Assembly (NCBI GenBank): GCA_044892505.1
Contig: CM097883.1
Location: 439,952,001 to 440,016,000 of the forward strand
Length of the DNA stretch: 64,000 nt
Direction: 5' to 3'
DNA from: Schmidtea nova
Lineage: Eukaryota
The notes beneath the pieces were generated by a model. It had not been told where the DNA came from. It did not search any database and worked only from the letters and a program-made list of their open reading frames with translations. Positions 50,269-61,725 of this stretch are shown piece by piece (the first letter of the stretch is position 1; each line of letters starts with the position of its first letter). Both the position numbers and the translations under genes were made by a program.

Positions 50269-50800
50269 TTAATAAAATTTCAAAAATCGAAATAAACACG
50301 CACTCAAAATTCTCACATTCTCATATTTACAAACACCAATATGATTGAAAACAACACTCATCCCCATTAATTTATTATGTTCTGAAACTCGAAAACAGAG
50401 AAGACGGACAGTCTTTTCCAAGATATGTGGCATTTCACCCATGACGTTTGAAAAAATAAACGAGAACAGTACAAAGTGCAATACAGAAATTTTCGAATCG
50501 CCAACAATCACACCAATTAATTCATAAACAATAATAAAAGAAAAATAATCAGCACGAATGCCAACCTCTTCATTAAATAAAAATATAGATTTGACAATAT
50601 AAAGCCTTATAGATTCATGACTAAAAATATTTATCACTCTAGACATAAGCAGTCCAATCAGATGCAATAGACATACCAGGTGATTACGCCTTTCAATCTT
50701 CAATTCTAGAATATTAATCCAAATTCTTTGATCAGTGAATCAAACATCTCTAATCTCTTTAATTAAATGCATTTCCATAAACAGGCTTTCAAGAAATACA
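50269..50800 (-). CDS. Probable host-gene exon(s), helical-repeat-like, unidentified
   Basis: 144-codon ORF whose frame extends upstream (..TDQRIWINILELKIERRNHLVCLL..). No diagnostic motif was found. Confidence 0.35.
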
Positions 50801-52318
50801 GGAACAACAGAAAAATAATTATTTTTCTTCAATACATAATATAACAAACATATTATTAAATGTTACCGGTAGAATTTATTTTGCTAATACCATGCGTCCA
50901 TTTGATCAAGCAACTTGAATCCAAAAAATGTTTATTTTATCTATAACACAATCGTATAACCAAAAGATATTGAAAATTAATAAATATGGGTTTACCCAAT
51001 GATGCTCTGAGAAACAAATACTGTTCTTTTCTAAAATTCTCAGTTATTGCTCCAATGACAAGTTCTGGTTTTGTCTGTTTTCTGAGTCTATATTTTTCAT
51101 GAACTCTCTATTTTTCTGGTGCTGGTCGTATTATTGCCTCTTCTTTACTAGCATTTTGTATCACATCGAATTATTAGTTAAATCTAAAAAATAAATTGGA
51201 TTTTCTCGACTAAGAATGCCACCAGCAGTGGTTTCCTAAAATCATAATTATTAAGAAAAATGGCTGTCAAATTATTTAACTGAGCCTCGTTTTGACAGAC
51301 TGCCAATGTGTTAGTTGCAATTGTCAATATTATTTTCTTTAGGGGATTATCGCCAATACATTTTGAATAATTAATTTTATTGGTGTACTAGAGGAAATCA
51401 TCTCGGTAGCAACCTCGTAACTATTGTGAAACCACCAGTTGCCGGTCACAAAGCAAAGTTGGTAATATGACTAATGGATCGATACTCTCAAAAAGTGAGC
51501 GCTGTTTTCAGAACTCTGATTGGCCGAGTATCTCCATGGGTTCAAAAGCTTTCGACAGAAGACCTATGCTCAATTAATTTATGGTTCCTATATTTGCTGA
51601 GAGAAAATAAAATTTGAATGTTAATTTAACACAATATTCCTTAAATAATTATGAAAAAATTCTTTATCGTCAATACTTATATTATAAAATATTTCAATAT
51701 TTTATTTTCAAAACATATTTCAAAATCATACTAATAGAGCGTAAATCATAATAATGATATTTAAAACAGGCATTCACATGACACAAAAAAATTGAAAGAA
51801 TAAAAATTAATCAAGATATTTATATTAATTCAAAATATTGAAATCTCAATCAACAGTTAAGTCTGACTCAATTTTAAAGTTTTTTACAACTTATTAAAAA
51901 GCACTTGAAAAAGGCAGTGCGAAAAATTTGTGTTGTATAGAATATATTTTTAGATCTATTGTGTTTAGGTCAGTTTCATTTGTCATTCCAATTTCATTAT
52001 TTTCAATATATTCAAGTAAAGTTTTTTGATGGCCAATTTGGCATAAATGTTAAAGTTTTTCGCTACACCAACATTTTTCAAAAACATAAATATAACACTA
52101 AATTCATTTCTCTGTTTTGTTCATTTTATAGAAAAGAGTAAAGCAAAAATAATACAACTGATATAAAGCGAAATATTATTTTATAAACTTCAATTAAATC
52201 ACTAATAAATTCTTCGAAATTATTTATTCTTCAACTTTTTATATAATCACTTTAACATAACATTACAATTCAATTTTCAGAAAATATCACTTCAAATTGT
52301 AAACTACTGTTTTATTTA

Positions 52319-53517
52319 AGTAGGGGATAGTGAGGACTCGAGCACAGTTTTTTCACATAGCAACGGTTGCTCAGGTTAGTACACACACATCAATATATAA
52401 TCCCCGAAGAACACGTTGCCAGGGTAAATACACACACATATATCAATTTATAGTCCTAGTGAAATATGTTGCTAGGGTAAACACACACCAATGTATTTTC
52501 TTCGAGGAAACTGTTTCCAGGGTAAATACACGCAATAGGGTGACTTCCCTGAGGACCTTGTTGCTTGGGTAAACATACATACATACACATCAATATATAA
52601 TTCCTAATGATAGATGTAGTTAAGGTAACTACACACAGCAATATATAGTCCCCGAGGAAGATGATGTCAAGGAAAATACACACAACAATATATAATCCCC
52701 GAGGAACCTGTTGCCAGGGTAAACACATATCAATATATAATCATCGAGGAACCTTTTGATAGAGTAGACACACACATTAAAGTATTGTCTCCTTGGAACC
52801 TGTTGCTAAGGTAAATACGCCATTGTGTAACGACAGTTACTACTGTTGGTAACATCAAAACATGCAACACATTAATTATTACCCGTAACACACACGATAA
52901 CATGTTTTTACTTAATCGAACGACGTTTTTGTTTTAATGTACTGACTAACATTTCGAATAGTTTTTTATTAATTGATAATTTTTGATATATTATATAATT
53001 TTTGTAAAATGATCTTTAGAAAATCGAATATGAGAACTTTGAAAACGGATGAAATGAATGCGAGAATTGTGACAATAGTCGAAATTTTAAAGACGATTCT
53101 ACAGAGTGCAACTACAAGAGCAGATGAAATTTAATAATATTTGTAAACAGAAACAATTATTTTTACATTAAATAAAAAGATTGACACAAAAAAAAAATGA
53201 AAACCCTGAACAATAAAACCGTTTGAAATCTTGACAATACATAAAAACTTTAAAAATAATTAAACATAATAAACTAAAGAAATATAAAACTAAATATAAT
53301 GAAACCAATTATTTTTTTTTAACAAAGTTTTATTCAATACAAATCTGAATTGGATATTTAATTTGAATTGAGAGCTGGATCTGAAACTGGAACACCAACC
53401 TGATCTTTTGATTGGTCTATAAACGAGCCACATCCCTTATAATGTCCGTATGCAAGACTTTCATTTTTATCAACCCAAAGTCTTTTATCATCAAGATTAG
53501 TCAAGGCAATTTTCGAA
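52319..53517 (+). repeat. Left terminal inverted repeat (1,199 bp)
   Basis: Reverse complement of 59045-60243 with no indel (both end-coordinate sums equal 112562). Contains a ~43-bp minisatellite at ~52370-52820. Confidence 0.92.
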
Positions 53518-53560
53518 TATTTATTAGTAAAGAGTTGATGATTTTTACTCACAAATCGAG
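53358..53560 (-). pseudogene. C-terminal fragment of Polinton protein-primed DNA polymerase B
   Basis: TRFVSKNHQLFTNKYSKIALTNLDDKRLWVDKNESLAYGHYK matches the Polinton pPolB C-terminal pattern R-S-x-x-H-x-x-x-T-x-x-x-x-K-x-A-L-x-x-x-D-D-K-R...T/S-L-A/P-Y/W-G-H-Y. Copies occur at 58821-59034 (-) and 59045-59204 (+). Confidence 0.8.
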
Positions 53561-53628
53561 TCTGTTCTACTGAAACTATAGTATTATTTCTAAGTAGGTA
53601 GATGTGTGGAGCCGGGAACAAAGACATT

Positions 53629-53730
53629 ATGACTCATCGATGACTAATAACAAAGACATACCCCCCTCCCCTCCCCCCGGGGTTAGAAATTTTTTTATGA
53701 CTCATCGCGATGACTCATCGATGACTCATT
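53629..53730. promoter_or_regulatory. Cluster of AP-1-type ATGACTCAT motifs (4 copies)
   Basis: ATGACTCAT near 53629, 53697, 53710 and 53721. Confidence 0.5.
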
Positions 53731-53789
53731 TCAAATTCAAATTTTAAATTTGAATTTCCAAAGGTCAAATAAGGTCAAACCTTCAAACA

Positions 53790-54860
53790 AGGGTATCATT
53801 CGAAAGGTCTTGGAGAGGTCTATCCAATGTTCATACCCTCGAAGGCTTATGGAGGGTTCTTGACCGTCGAAGGGTCAAAAACCTTCAACCTTTTTCAAAC
53901 CTTATAATATACATATCATTCGAAAGGTAATTGAGAGGTTAGTAAGATGGTCATACCCTCGAAGGTGTATGGAGGGTCCTTAACCTTCAAAGGGTCAAAA
54001 ACCTTCAACCTTTTACAATCCTTATAATATACATATCAAACAAAAGGTAATTGAGAGTTAAGTATGTTGGTCATACCCTTGAAGGTGTATGGTGGGTGCT
54101 CAACCTTCAACCTTTTACAATCCTTATAATATACATATCATTCGAAAGGTAATTGAGAGGTAAGTAAGATGGTCATACCCTCGAAGGTGTATGGAGGGTC
54201 CTTAACCTTCAAAGGGTCAAAAACCTTCAACCTTTTACAATCCTTATAATATACATATCAAACAAAAGGTAATTGAGAGGTAAGTAAGATGGTCATACCC
54301 TCGAAGGTCTATTGTGGGTCCTCGACCTTCGAAGGGGTCAATAACCTTCAACCTTTTTTAAACATTATAATATATATATCATTCGAAAGGTATTTGAGAG
54401 TTAAGTAAGATGGTCATATCCTCGAAGGTGTATGGTGGGTGCTCAACCTTCAAGGGGTCAAAAACCTAGAAATTTTTTCAAACCTTATAATATATATATA
54501 TCAAACAAAAGGTAATTGAGATATGCACACAATGGTCATACCCTCGAAGGTCTATGGTGGGTGCTCAACCTTCAAAGGGTGCAAAACCTTCAAAAAATTT
54601 TAAACATTACAAGTTATATATTAAACAAAGGGTAATTGAGATGTACACACAATGGTCATACCCTCGAAGGTCTATGGTGGGTGCTCAACCTTCAAAGGCT
54701 CCAAAACCTTCAACCTTTTTCAAACCTTATAATATATATATATATATATATATCATTCGAAAGGTATATGAGAGGTAGGTATGCTGGTTATACCCTCGAA
54801 GGTCTATGGTGGGTGCTCAACCTTCAAAGGGTGCAAAACCTTCAAAAAATTGTAAACATT
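53790..54860. repeat. Tandem array of ~120-bp units (about 9 copies)
   Basis: The core TCATACCCTCGAAGG recurs near 53831, 53951, 54071, 54173, 54293, 54414, 54536, 54656 and 54790. Units contain CCTTCRAAGG palindromes. Confidence 0.9.
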
Positions 54861-54865
54861 ACAAA

Positions 54866-55010
54866 TTTTTTTTTCGCGCCAAAAATTTTTTTCAAAATTT
54901 TTTTTCGCGCCAAAAATTTTCAAATTTTTTTTTCGCGCCAAAATTTTTTTTTTCAAATTTTTTTTTTTGCGCCAAAATTTTTTTTTCAAATTTTTTTTCG
55001 CGCCAAAAAT
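54866..55010. promoter_or_regulatory. Five tandem E2F-like sites (TTTTCGCGCCAAAA x4 plus one TTTTGCGCCAAAA)
   Basis: Directly visible, spaced ~30 bp apart in A/T tracts. TTTCGCGC is the classical E2F consensus. Function is inferred. Confidence 0.55.
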
Positions 55011-55111
55011 TTTTTTTAAAATTTTTTTTTAACAAATTTTTTTAACAAATTTTTTTTAACACAAATTTTTTTAACACAAATTTTTTTTAACACAAATTAA
55101 ATTTTTTATTT

Positions 55112-55210
55112 TTATGACTCATAGATGACTCACCATTATGACTCATCCTTATGACTCATCGATAACTCATTTCAATTTATAAATAAGTCACGTCATCGGT
55201 AACTCATAAC
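55112..55210. promoter_or_regulatory. Second cluster of AP-1-type motifs (3 perfect ATGACTCAT plus variants)
   Basis: ATGACTCAT near 55114, 55138 and 55151. Variants ATGACTCAC, ATAACTCAT and GTAACTCAT, plus TCACGTCAT. Confidence 0.5.
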
Positions 55211-56300
55211 AAAGACATTGCAATCCATGTGCAAAATTAACAAAGACATTGCAATCCATGTGCAACATTAACAAAGACATTGCAATCCACATGCAACGTA
55301 AACAAAGACATTTCATTACCAAATTTAATAACAAAGACGTTTCATTGCCAAATTTCATAACAAAGACATTTCATTGCCAAAAAACTAAACAAAGACATAT
55401 CAATACCAAAATAACTAAACAGAGACACGAACATTTACTAGCAGAACATTTACTATCAGAACATTTACTATCAGAACATCTTTTGTGATGGTTTTTATCT
55501 GCCAAAGCTTATTACTCGAACATTTATTACAATTCAAAGATTATATATGTACTCTTAAACATAGAAATTTTTCATAACAAAGACATATCATTGCCAAAAC
55601 ATCTAAACAAAGACATTTCATTACCAAAAACACCTTAACAAAGACATTTCAATGCCAAAAATAACTAAACAAAGACATTGCAATACATATGCAAGTTAAC
55701 AAAGACATTGTAATGCAGATACTAGTTAACAAAGNNNNNNNNNNNNNNNNNNNNNNNNNNNNNNNNNNNNNNNNNNNNNNNNNNNNNNNNNNNNNNNNNN
55801 NNNNNNNNNNNNNNNNNNNNNNNNNNNNNNNNNNNNNNNNNNNNNNNNNNNNNNNNNNNNNNNNAATGTCAAAACACCTTAACAATACAGATGCAAGTTA
55901 ACAATGACATTGCAATACATATGCAAGTTAACAAAGACATTGCAATACATATGCAAGTTAACAAAGACATTGCAATGTGGATACAAGTTAACAAAGACAT
56001 ACACACAAGTTAATAAAAATATTCAAGGGTTCAAAATTTTTTAAAACTACATAAATATCATGCGAAAGATATTTGAGATGTGTGTGTGTATATTTTCAAA
56101 CCTTCAAGATGTCAAAATAAAATAAAATAATAAAACTACCACAACGTAATATATTTTTATTTTCCTACCCATTTTGACACTGCAATTCATATGCAATATT
56201 AACAAAGACATTGCAAAACAGATGCAAGTTAACAAAGACATTGCAATACAGATGCAAGTTAACAAAGACATTGCAGTTGCAAGCCAAGTTAACAAAGACA
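55207..56300. repeat. ~30-bp tandem repeats with AACAAAGACA core
   Basis: Unit AACAAAGACATTGCAATACATATGCAAGTT occurs in several blocks (55207-55430, 55575-55734, 55890-56000, 56195-56300). Confidence 0.88.
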
Positions 56301-56398
56301 AGATGTCAAAAAAGACTAATTATTATTAATCACAAAGTGCATTCTCTTAGCCAATGATAAAAATAAATTAAATGAAAATACATATATTTTGTATGACA

Positions 56399-56893
56399 TT
56401 ATATGTATATCACATGATATTCATCAATATTAATACCACAAGACTCACACTTATCAATATTTTTTAAACATTTTGAACAAATAATGACATGTCCACAAGG
56501 TAAATATAAAATGCCAACTCTATTTATATTACATATTGAACATGTGAGAAATCTTTGTTTGATTTCTTCCAATTTCTTGGTTACATTTACCTCTAAAATA
56601 TTCACATTCAGCATGAAAGTTCGAATAATAGTACGATATTTTCCATGTCGAAATTCCATACATGACCAGAAAATGGTATTCAAATTGAATTCAGTAGAAT
56701 CGATATCATTAAGAATCATAAAAAAACTGGATAATTTCATCATGGATTTATCATATCCGAATGATTCTGTTAAACCAATAATTAATTTATTATTGAAGGA
56801 TTTGAATAATTTTGAAAGAATGTCGATATCGCATTTCTCAATCGATGTTAAAAGGTCATCAAGTATTAAAAAGGATTGGATCCAATTATCCAA
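56399..56893 (-). CDS. 164-aa protein with C-terminal IAP/MDM2-type C3HC4 RING (putative E3 ubiquitin ligase), Polinton cargo
   Basis: CSIC-x11-CGH-x3-CSKC-x6-CESC followed by a hydrophobic tail (IDEYHVIYI). Intact and intronless. No BIR domain is visible. Confidence 0.85.
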   Translation of the reverse strand: MDNWIQSFLILDDLLTSIEKCDIDILSKLFKSFNNKLIIGLTESFGYDKSMMKLSSFFMILNDIDSTEFNLNTIFWSCMEFRHGKYRTIIRTFMLNVNILEVNVTKKLEEIKQRFLTCSICNINRVGILYLPCGHVIICSKCLKNIDKCESCGINIDEYHVIYI

Positions 56894-57802
56894 AGTAATG
56901 AAATTATCTGTAACCTAGTTTAAAATAATTAATTTAAATATATATTTTTAAAACTAACTTTATTTGTTTCTTTATTTGTTTCTTTATTCATTTTCGTCAA
57001 TCAATACTATTTACAAGTTGTATTTATATTGCAAAAATCAACCAATTTAATAACCAACCATTTTATTGACCAACCAATGATTGAAAGTTTTTGCTAAACT
57101 GTTACATTAAAATGATGATAAGGGACATTGAAAATTAGGTAACAATATATTTATTATTAAAAATATGTTCAAGTAATGAGCTTTTGCACATAAAAACCAT
57201 CACAGAATAGGTTCTGCTACTAGGGTTCTGCTCGCAATGTTCTGCTACTAAATGTTCGGTCACTATGACAAATACATGAAAAATTATCATACTATTGAGA
57301 TAATCACACAAATAATTCTTAAATTATAGTACAAATATATCAAAAATATATGAAATATACATTACATACTTGAAATATTATCACAAAGTATCATTACATA
57401 CATGAAATATCTACATACTTGCTCAATTACACAGAAAATCATCAAAGTTACACACAAAATATGAAAAGTATATAGAAATTCGTCACATACAAAAACACCG
57501 TATATATGAAATATTATCAAAAATACATAGAAATTTATCACACACGTACAAAATATCACCATACTATAGTGTATAACTATACATACAAAATATCAGAAAT
57601 ACAAACATACATAAAATTTCATCTTACTATAGTTTGATAACATAGAAATACATGAAATATCCTCAAAATACAGAAACTTTCACAGATATATAGATTCATC
57701 ATACAAAATATCATATATATAAGAAATATCATTACAGATTATGACATGCATGAAATATTGTTATTATAGTGCAAATTACATAGAAAATAGCAAAGATACA
57801 TG

Positions 57803-59034
57803 AGTAGGGGATAGTGAGCGCTCGGTACCACTTTTTTCACATAGCAACGGTTGCTAGGGTAAATACACACATTATTATGTAATCTCCGGGGAAGAAGTTG
57901 CTAGGGTAAACACACACATCAATATAAATATTCCCCGGGGAACCTGTTGCCATGGGTAAATACACGCTTTAAAGTGTAGTCAATTAAAACATGTTGCTAA
58001 GATAAACACGCGCGTATAGAGTCCCCAAGGAACCTGTAGTTAAGGTAAACACACACACATCATTATATATTCACTGAGGAACCTGTTGCCAGGGTAAACA
58101 CACACACATCATTATATATTCATATAGCCAGATGTTGCTAAAGTTAACACATACACATCAATATATAGTCCTGGGGAAGATATAGTTAAGGTAAACACAC
58201 AGATCAATATATAGTCCCGGGGTAAATACACACATTAAAGTATACTCTCCCTGTAACTATTGCTAAGGTAACCACATGTGTTAATATTTAAGTCCTGAAG
58301 TAACTATTGCTAAGATAAACACACCATTGTGTAACCCCCATGACTACTGTTGGTAACGTCAAAATACACAACATATTAATTATTATCCGTACCACAAACG
58401 AAAACATGTTCTTTACTTAATTAAATGAAATTTTTGTTTGAATGTACTGGCTAACATTTTGAGTAATTGTTTTTTAACTGATAACTTTAGAAAATCGAAT
58501 GTGGCAACTATGAAAACAGATGGAATTAATTCGAGAATTGTGACAATAGTCAAAATTTTAAAGACGATTCAACAGAGTGCAACTGCAAGAACAGATGAAA
58601 TTTATTAATATTTGTAAACAAAAACAATTATTTTTACAATAAATAAAAACGAATTACACAAATCCTTAAAATATTACACTAATCAGGTGAAAACCCTGAA
58701 CGATAAAACCAATTCAAATCTGGACAACACATAAAATTTTTAAAAACAATTAAACATAACAGTCTAAAGAAATATAAAACTAAATATAATGAAACCAATT
58801 ATTTTTTAACAAAGTTTTATTCAATACAAATCTGAATTGTATATATAATTTGAATTGAGAGCTGGATCTGAAACTGGAACACCAACCTGATCTTTTGATT
58901 GGTCTAAAAACGAGCCACATCCCTTATAATGTCCGTATGCAAGACTTTCATTTTTATCAACCCAAAGTCTTTTATCATCAAGATTAGTCAAGGCAATTTT
59001 CGAAAACTTATTAGTAAAAATTTGATGATTTTTA
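57803..59034 (+). repeat. Internal diverged copy of the Polinton terminus
   Basis: Starts AGTAGGGGATAGTGAGCGCTCGG and is colinear with 52319-53545, with many substitutions and indels. It ends in a hairpin with loop 59022-59027. Confidence 0.9.
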
Positions 59035-59044
59035 CTAATAAGTT

Positions 59045-60243
59045 TTCGAAAATTGCCTTGACTAATCTTGATGATAAAAGACTTTGGGTTGATAAAAATG
59101 AAAGTCTTGCATACGGACATTATAAGGGATGTGGCTCGTTTATAGACCAATCAAAAGATCAGGTTGGTGTTCCAGTTTCAGATCCAGCTCTCAATTCAAA
59201 TTAAATATCCAATTCAGATTTGTATTGAATAAAACTTTGTTAAAAAAAAATAATTGGTTTCATTATATTTAGTTTTATATTTCTTTAGTTTATTATGTTT
59301 AATTATTTTTAAAGTTTTTATGTATTGTCAAGATTTCAAACGGTTTTATTGTTCAGGGTTTTCATTTTTTTTTTGTGTCAATCTTTTTATTTAATGTAAA
59401 AATAATTGTTTCTGTTTACAAATATTATTAAATTTCATCTGCTCTTGTAGTTGCACTCTGTAGAATCGTCTTTAAAATTTCGACTATTGTCACAATTCTC
59501 GCATTCATTTCATCCGTTTTCAAAGTTCTCATATTCGATTTTCTAAAGATCATTTTACAAAAATTATATAATATATCAAAAATTATCAATTAATAAAAAA
59601 CTATTCGAAATGTTAGTCAGTACATTAAAACAAAAACGTCGTTCGATTAAGTAAAAACATGTTATCGTGTGTGTTACGGGTAATAATTAATGTGTTGCAT
59701 GTTTTGATGTTACCAACAGTAGTAACTGTCGTTACACAATGGCGTATTTACCTTAGCAACAGGTTCCAAGGAGACAATACTTTAATGTGTGTGTCTACTC
59801 TATCAAAAGGTTCCTCGATGATTATATATTGATATGTGTTTACCCTGGCAACAGGTTCCTCGGGGATTATATATTGTTGTGTGTATTTTCCTTGACATCA
59901 TCTTCCTCGGGGACTATATATTGCTGTGTGTAGTTACCTTAACTACATCTATCATTAGGAATTATATATTGATGTGTATGTATGTATGTTTACCCAAGCA
60001 ACAAGGTCCTCAGGGAAGTCACCCTATTGCGTGTATTTACCCTGGAAACAGTTTCCTCGAAGAAAATACATTGGTGTGTGTTTACCCTAGCAACATATTT
60101 CACTAGGACTATAAATTGATATATGTGTGTGTATTTACCCTGGCAACGTGTTCTTCGGGGATTATATATTGATGTGTGTGTACTAACCTGAGCAACCGTT
60201 GCTATGTGAAAAAACTGTGCTCGAGTCCTCACTATCCCCTACT
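59045..60243 (-). repeat. Right terminal inverted repeat (1,199 bp)
   Basis: Mirror of 52319-53517. The ORF track shows identical mirrored ORFs (52330-52572 vs 59990-60232; 52456-52728 vs 59834-60106). Confidence 0.92.
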
Positions 60244-61432
60244 TATTTATATTTAATATTTTTTGCGAAATTAGTTATATTATTTATTATCATAATTATC
60301 TTTTTTCACCTTTGATCTTTTTTTATTATTATTATCAATAATTCTCATAATGACTATAGATCAAAATTTTGATCTTTTTTTATTATTATTATCAATAATT
60401 CTCATAATGACTATAGATCAAAATTTTTTTTATTTATTATAAATTTATTTTAAAAAGTTTTTTTTTAATTTTAACTAAATTTTGGTCACATTGCTATTTC
60501 AATATTGTCTTAAAACTTTAAAAAATATGAATTTATTATTAAGCCTTATTAAAAATGATCAAAAATGAACATGTTGAATACTAAAAATAGTGATGAGAAT
60601 GAAAATTCTAACAATTCGTTGCAACAATTGTCAAAATTATGTATTTTAGCATATTTACTCTTTTAAGCAGTTCTGCATTAGATTTATCATTAAATGCTTT
60701 ATTCATTCTGCATTACAGTAAACATCATATACTACATATTTAATTTTCATTTTTTAAAGACTATATCAAATTTTTTTCAAAAGGTACACGAATTTTTTGA
60801 AAAAAGTTTGATCTAGTCCATAAAATAAAAATTTCTGATTTAGAAAAAAAAGATCAAAGGTGAAAATAAGAAAGTATTAATAATTGTTTAATGCTATTTT
60901 TCATATTAAGTAGAAGTGTAAAGCAACTATCATGACATTTAATTTAATTAATTAATAAAAAATATTTTTCATTTTTGAAATTGAAATTGAAATTATTTTT
61001 ATCATAATCTTTAATATTCCTTACGTTTTATTTTATTTGATTACATTTATTCATCAGAAAAAATATTCTGTAATGCAAAACAAATTATCGACACTGTTTC
61101 TTTCAAACGTCAATTAACTTTTATGAAAAATTACTTTACCAAATTTTGGCGGGCACTGTCTAATATATATTGTAATGCACAAAAATTGTCATAATTGTCA
61201 TTTTTATAATTTTGATATTATGTTGGTGGCGCCGTCATTATTATCGTCGGTGCCCTCGCGGTCACCGAGGACCCCCCTTTTTGTGTTTTGTTTGTAGGAA
61301 AATAATTATCTTTTAAATAATTTTAATTCGAAATTTGAATTTGGCTTACTATGGCAAATGCTGTAGTAAGCCAAATAACAAATTAAAAAATATTGATTTT
61401 AGAAATTAAAAATTGGAATAAATTATTTGCGA

Positions 61433-61725
61433 ATTAAAGTTTATCAAAATAAATTCACGAAAAAAAGCCGAAGACTATCGAAAGTCAAACTTTATATTGA
61501 AAATAATTAATCCCAAGATAGTTGTATTGGTGGATTCCGGCCAAAATCTGAACAAATTGTCCTTGCAAGCATATTAAAAGCATATTAAAGTTTATCAAAA
61601 TAAATTCACGAAAAAAAGCCGAAGACTATCGAAAGCCAAATTTTATTATGAAAATAATTAATCCCAAGACAGTTGTATTGATGGATTCCGGCCAAAATCT
61701 GAACAAATTGTCCTTGCAAGCATAT
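61433..61725 (+). repeat. Tandem duplication, period 151 bp
   Basis: ATTAAAGTTTATCAAAATAAATTCACG.. begins at 61433 and at 61584. A third partial motif encodes KTINPKKVVLVD. Confidence 0.85.

Larger units (their letters stand above)
52319..60243. mobile_element. Non-autonomous Polinton/Maverick derivative, 7,925 bp
   Basis: Termini AGTAGGGGATAGTGAG / CTCACTATCCCCTACT. 6-bp TSD TATTTA (52313-52318 and 60244-60249). About 1.2-kb TIRs. pPolB C-terminal remnant. Confidence 0.88.

Noticed and set aside
52330-52728. ORFs in the TIR and their mirrors at 59834-60232
   Set aside because: They arise from the subterminal minisatellite and show no recognisable domain.
54554-55045. ORFs 54554-54778, 54636-55019, 54804-54989 and 54806-55045 as proteins
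   Set aside because: They are translations of the 120-bp and E2F-like tandem repeats (low complexity, open in several frames).
53790-56300. CRISPR-like array
   Set aside because: Units are contiguous tandem repeats without unique spacers, there are no cas genes, and the context is eukaryotic.
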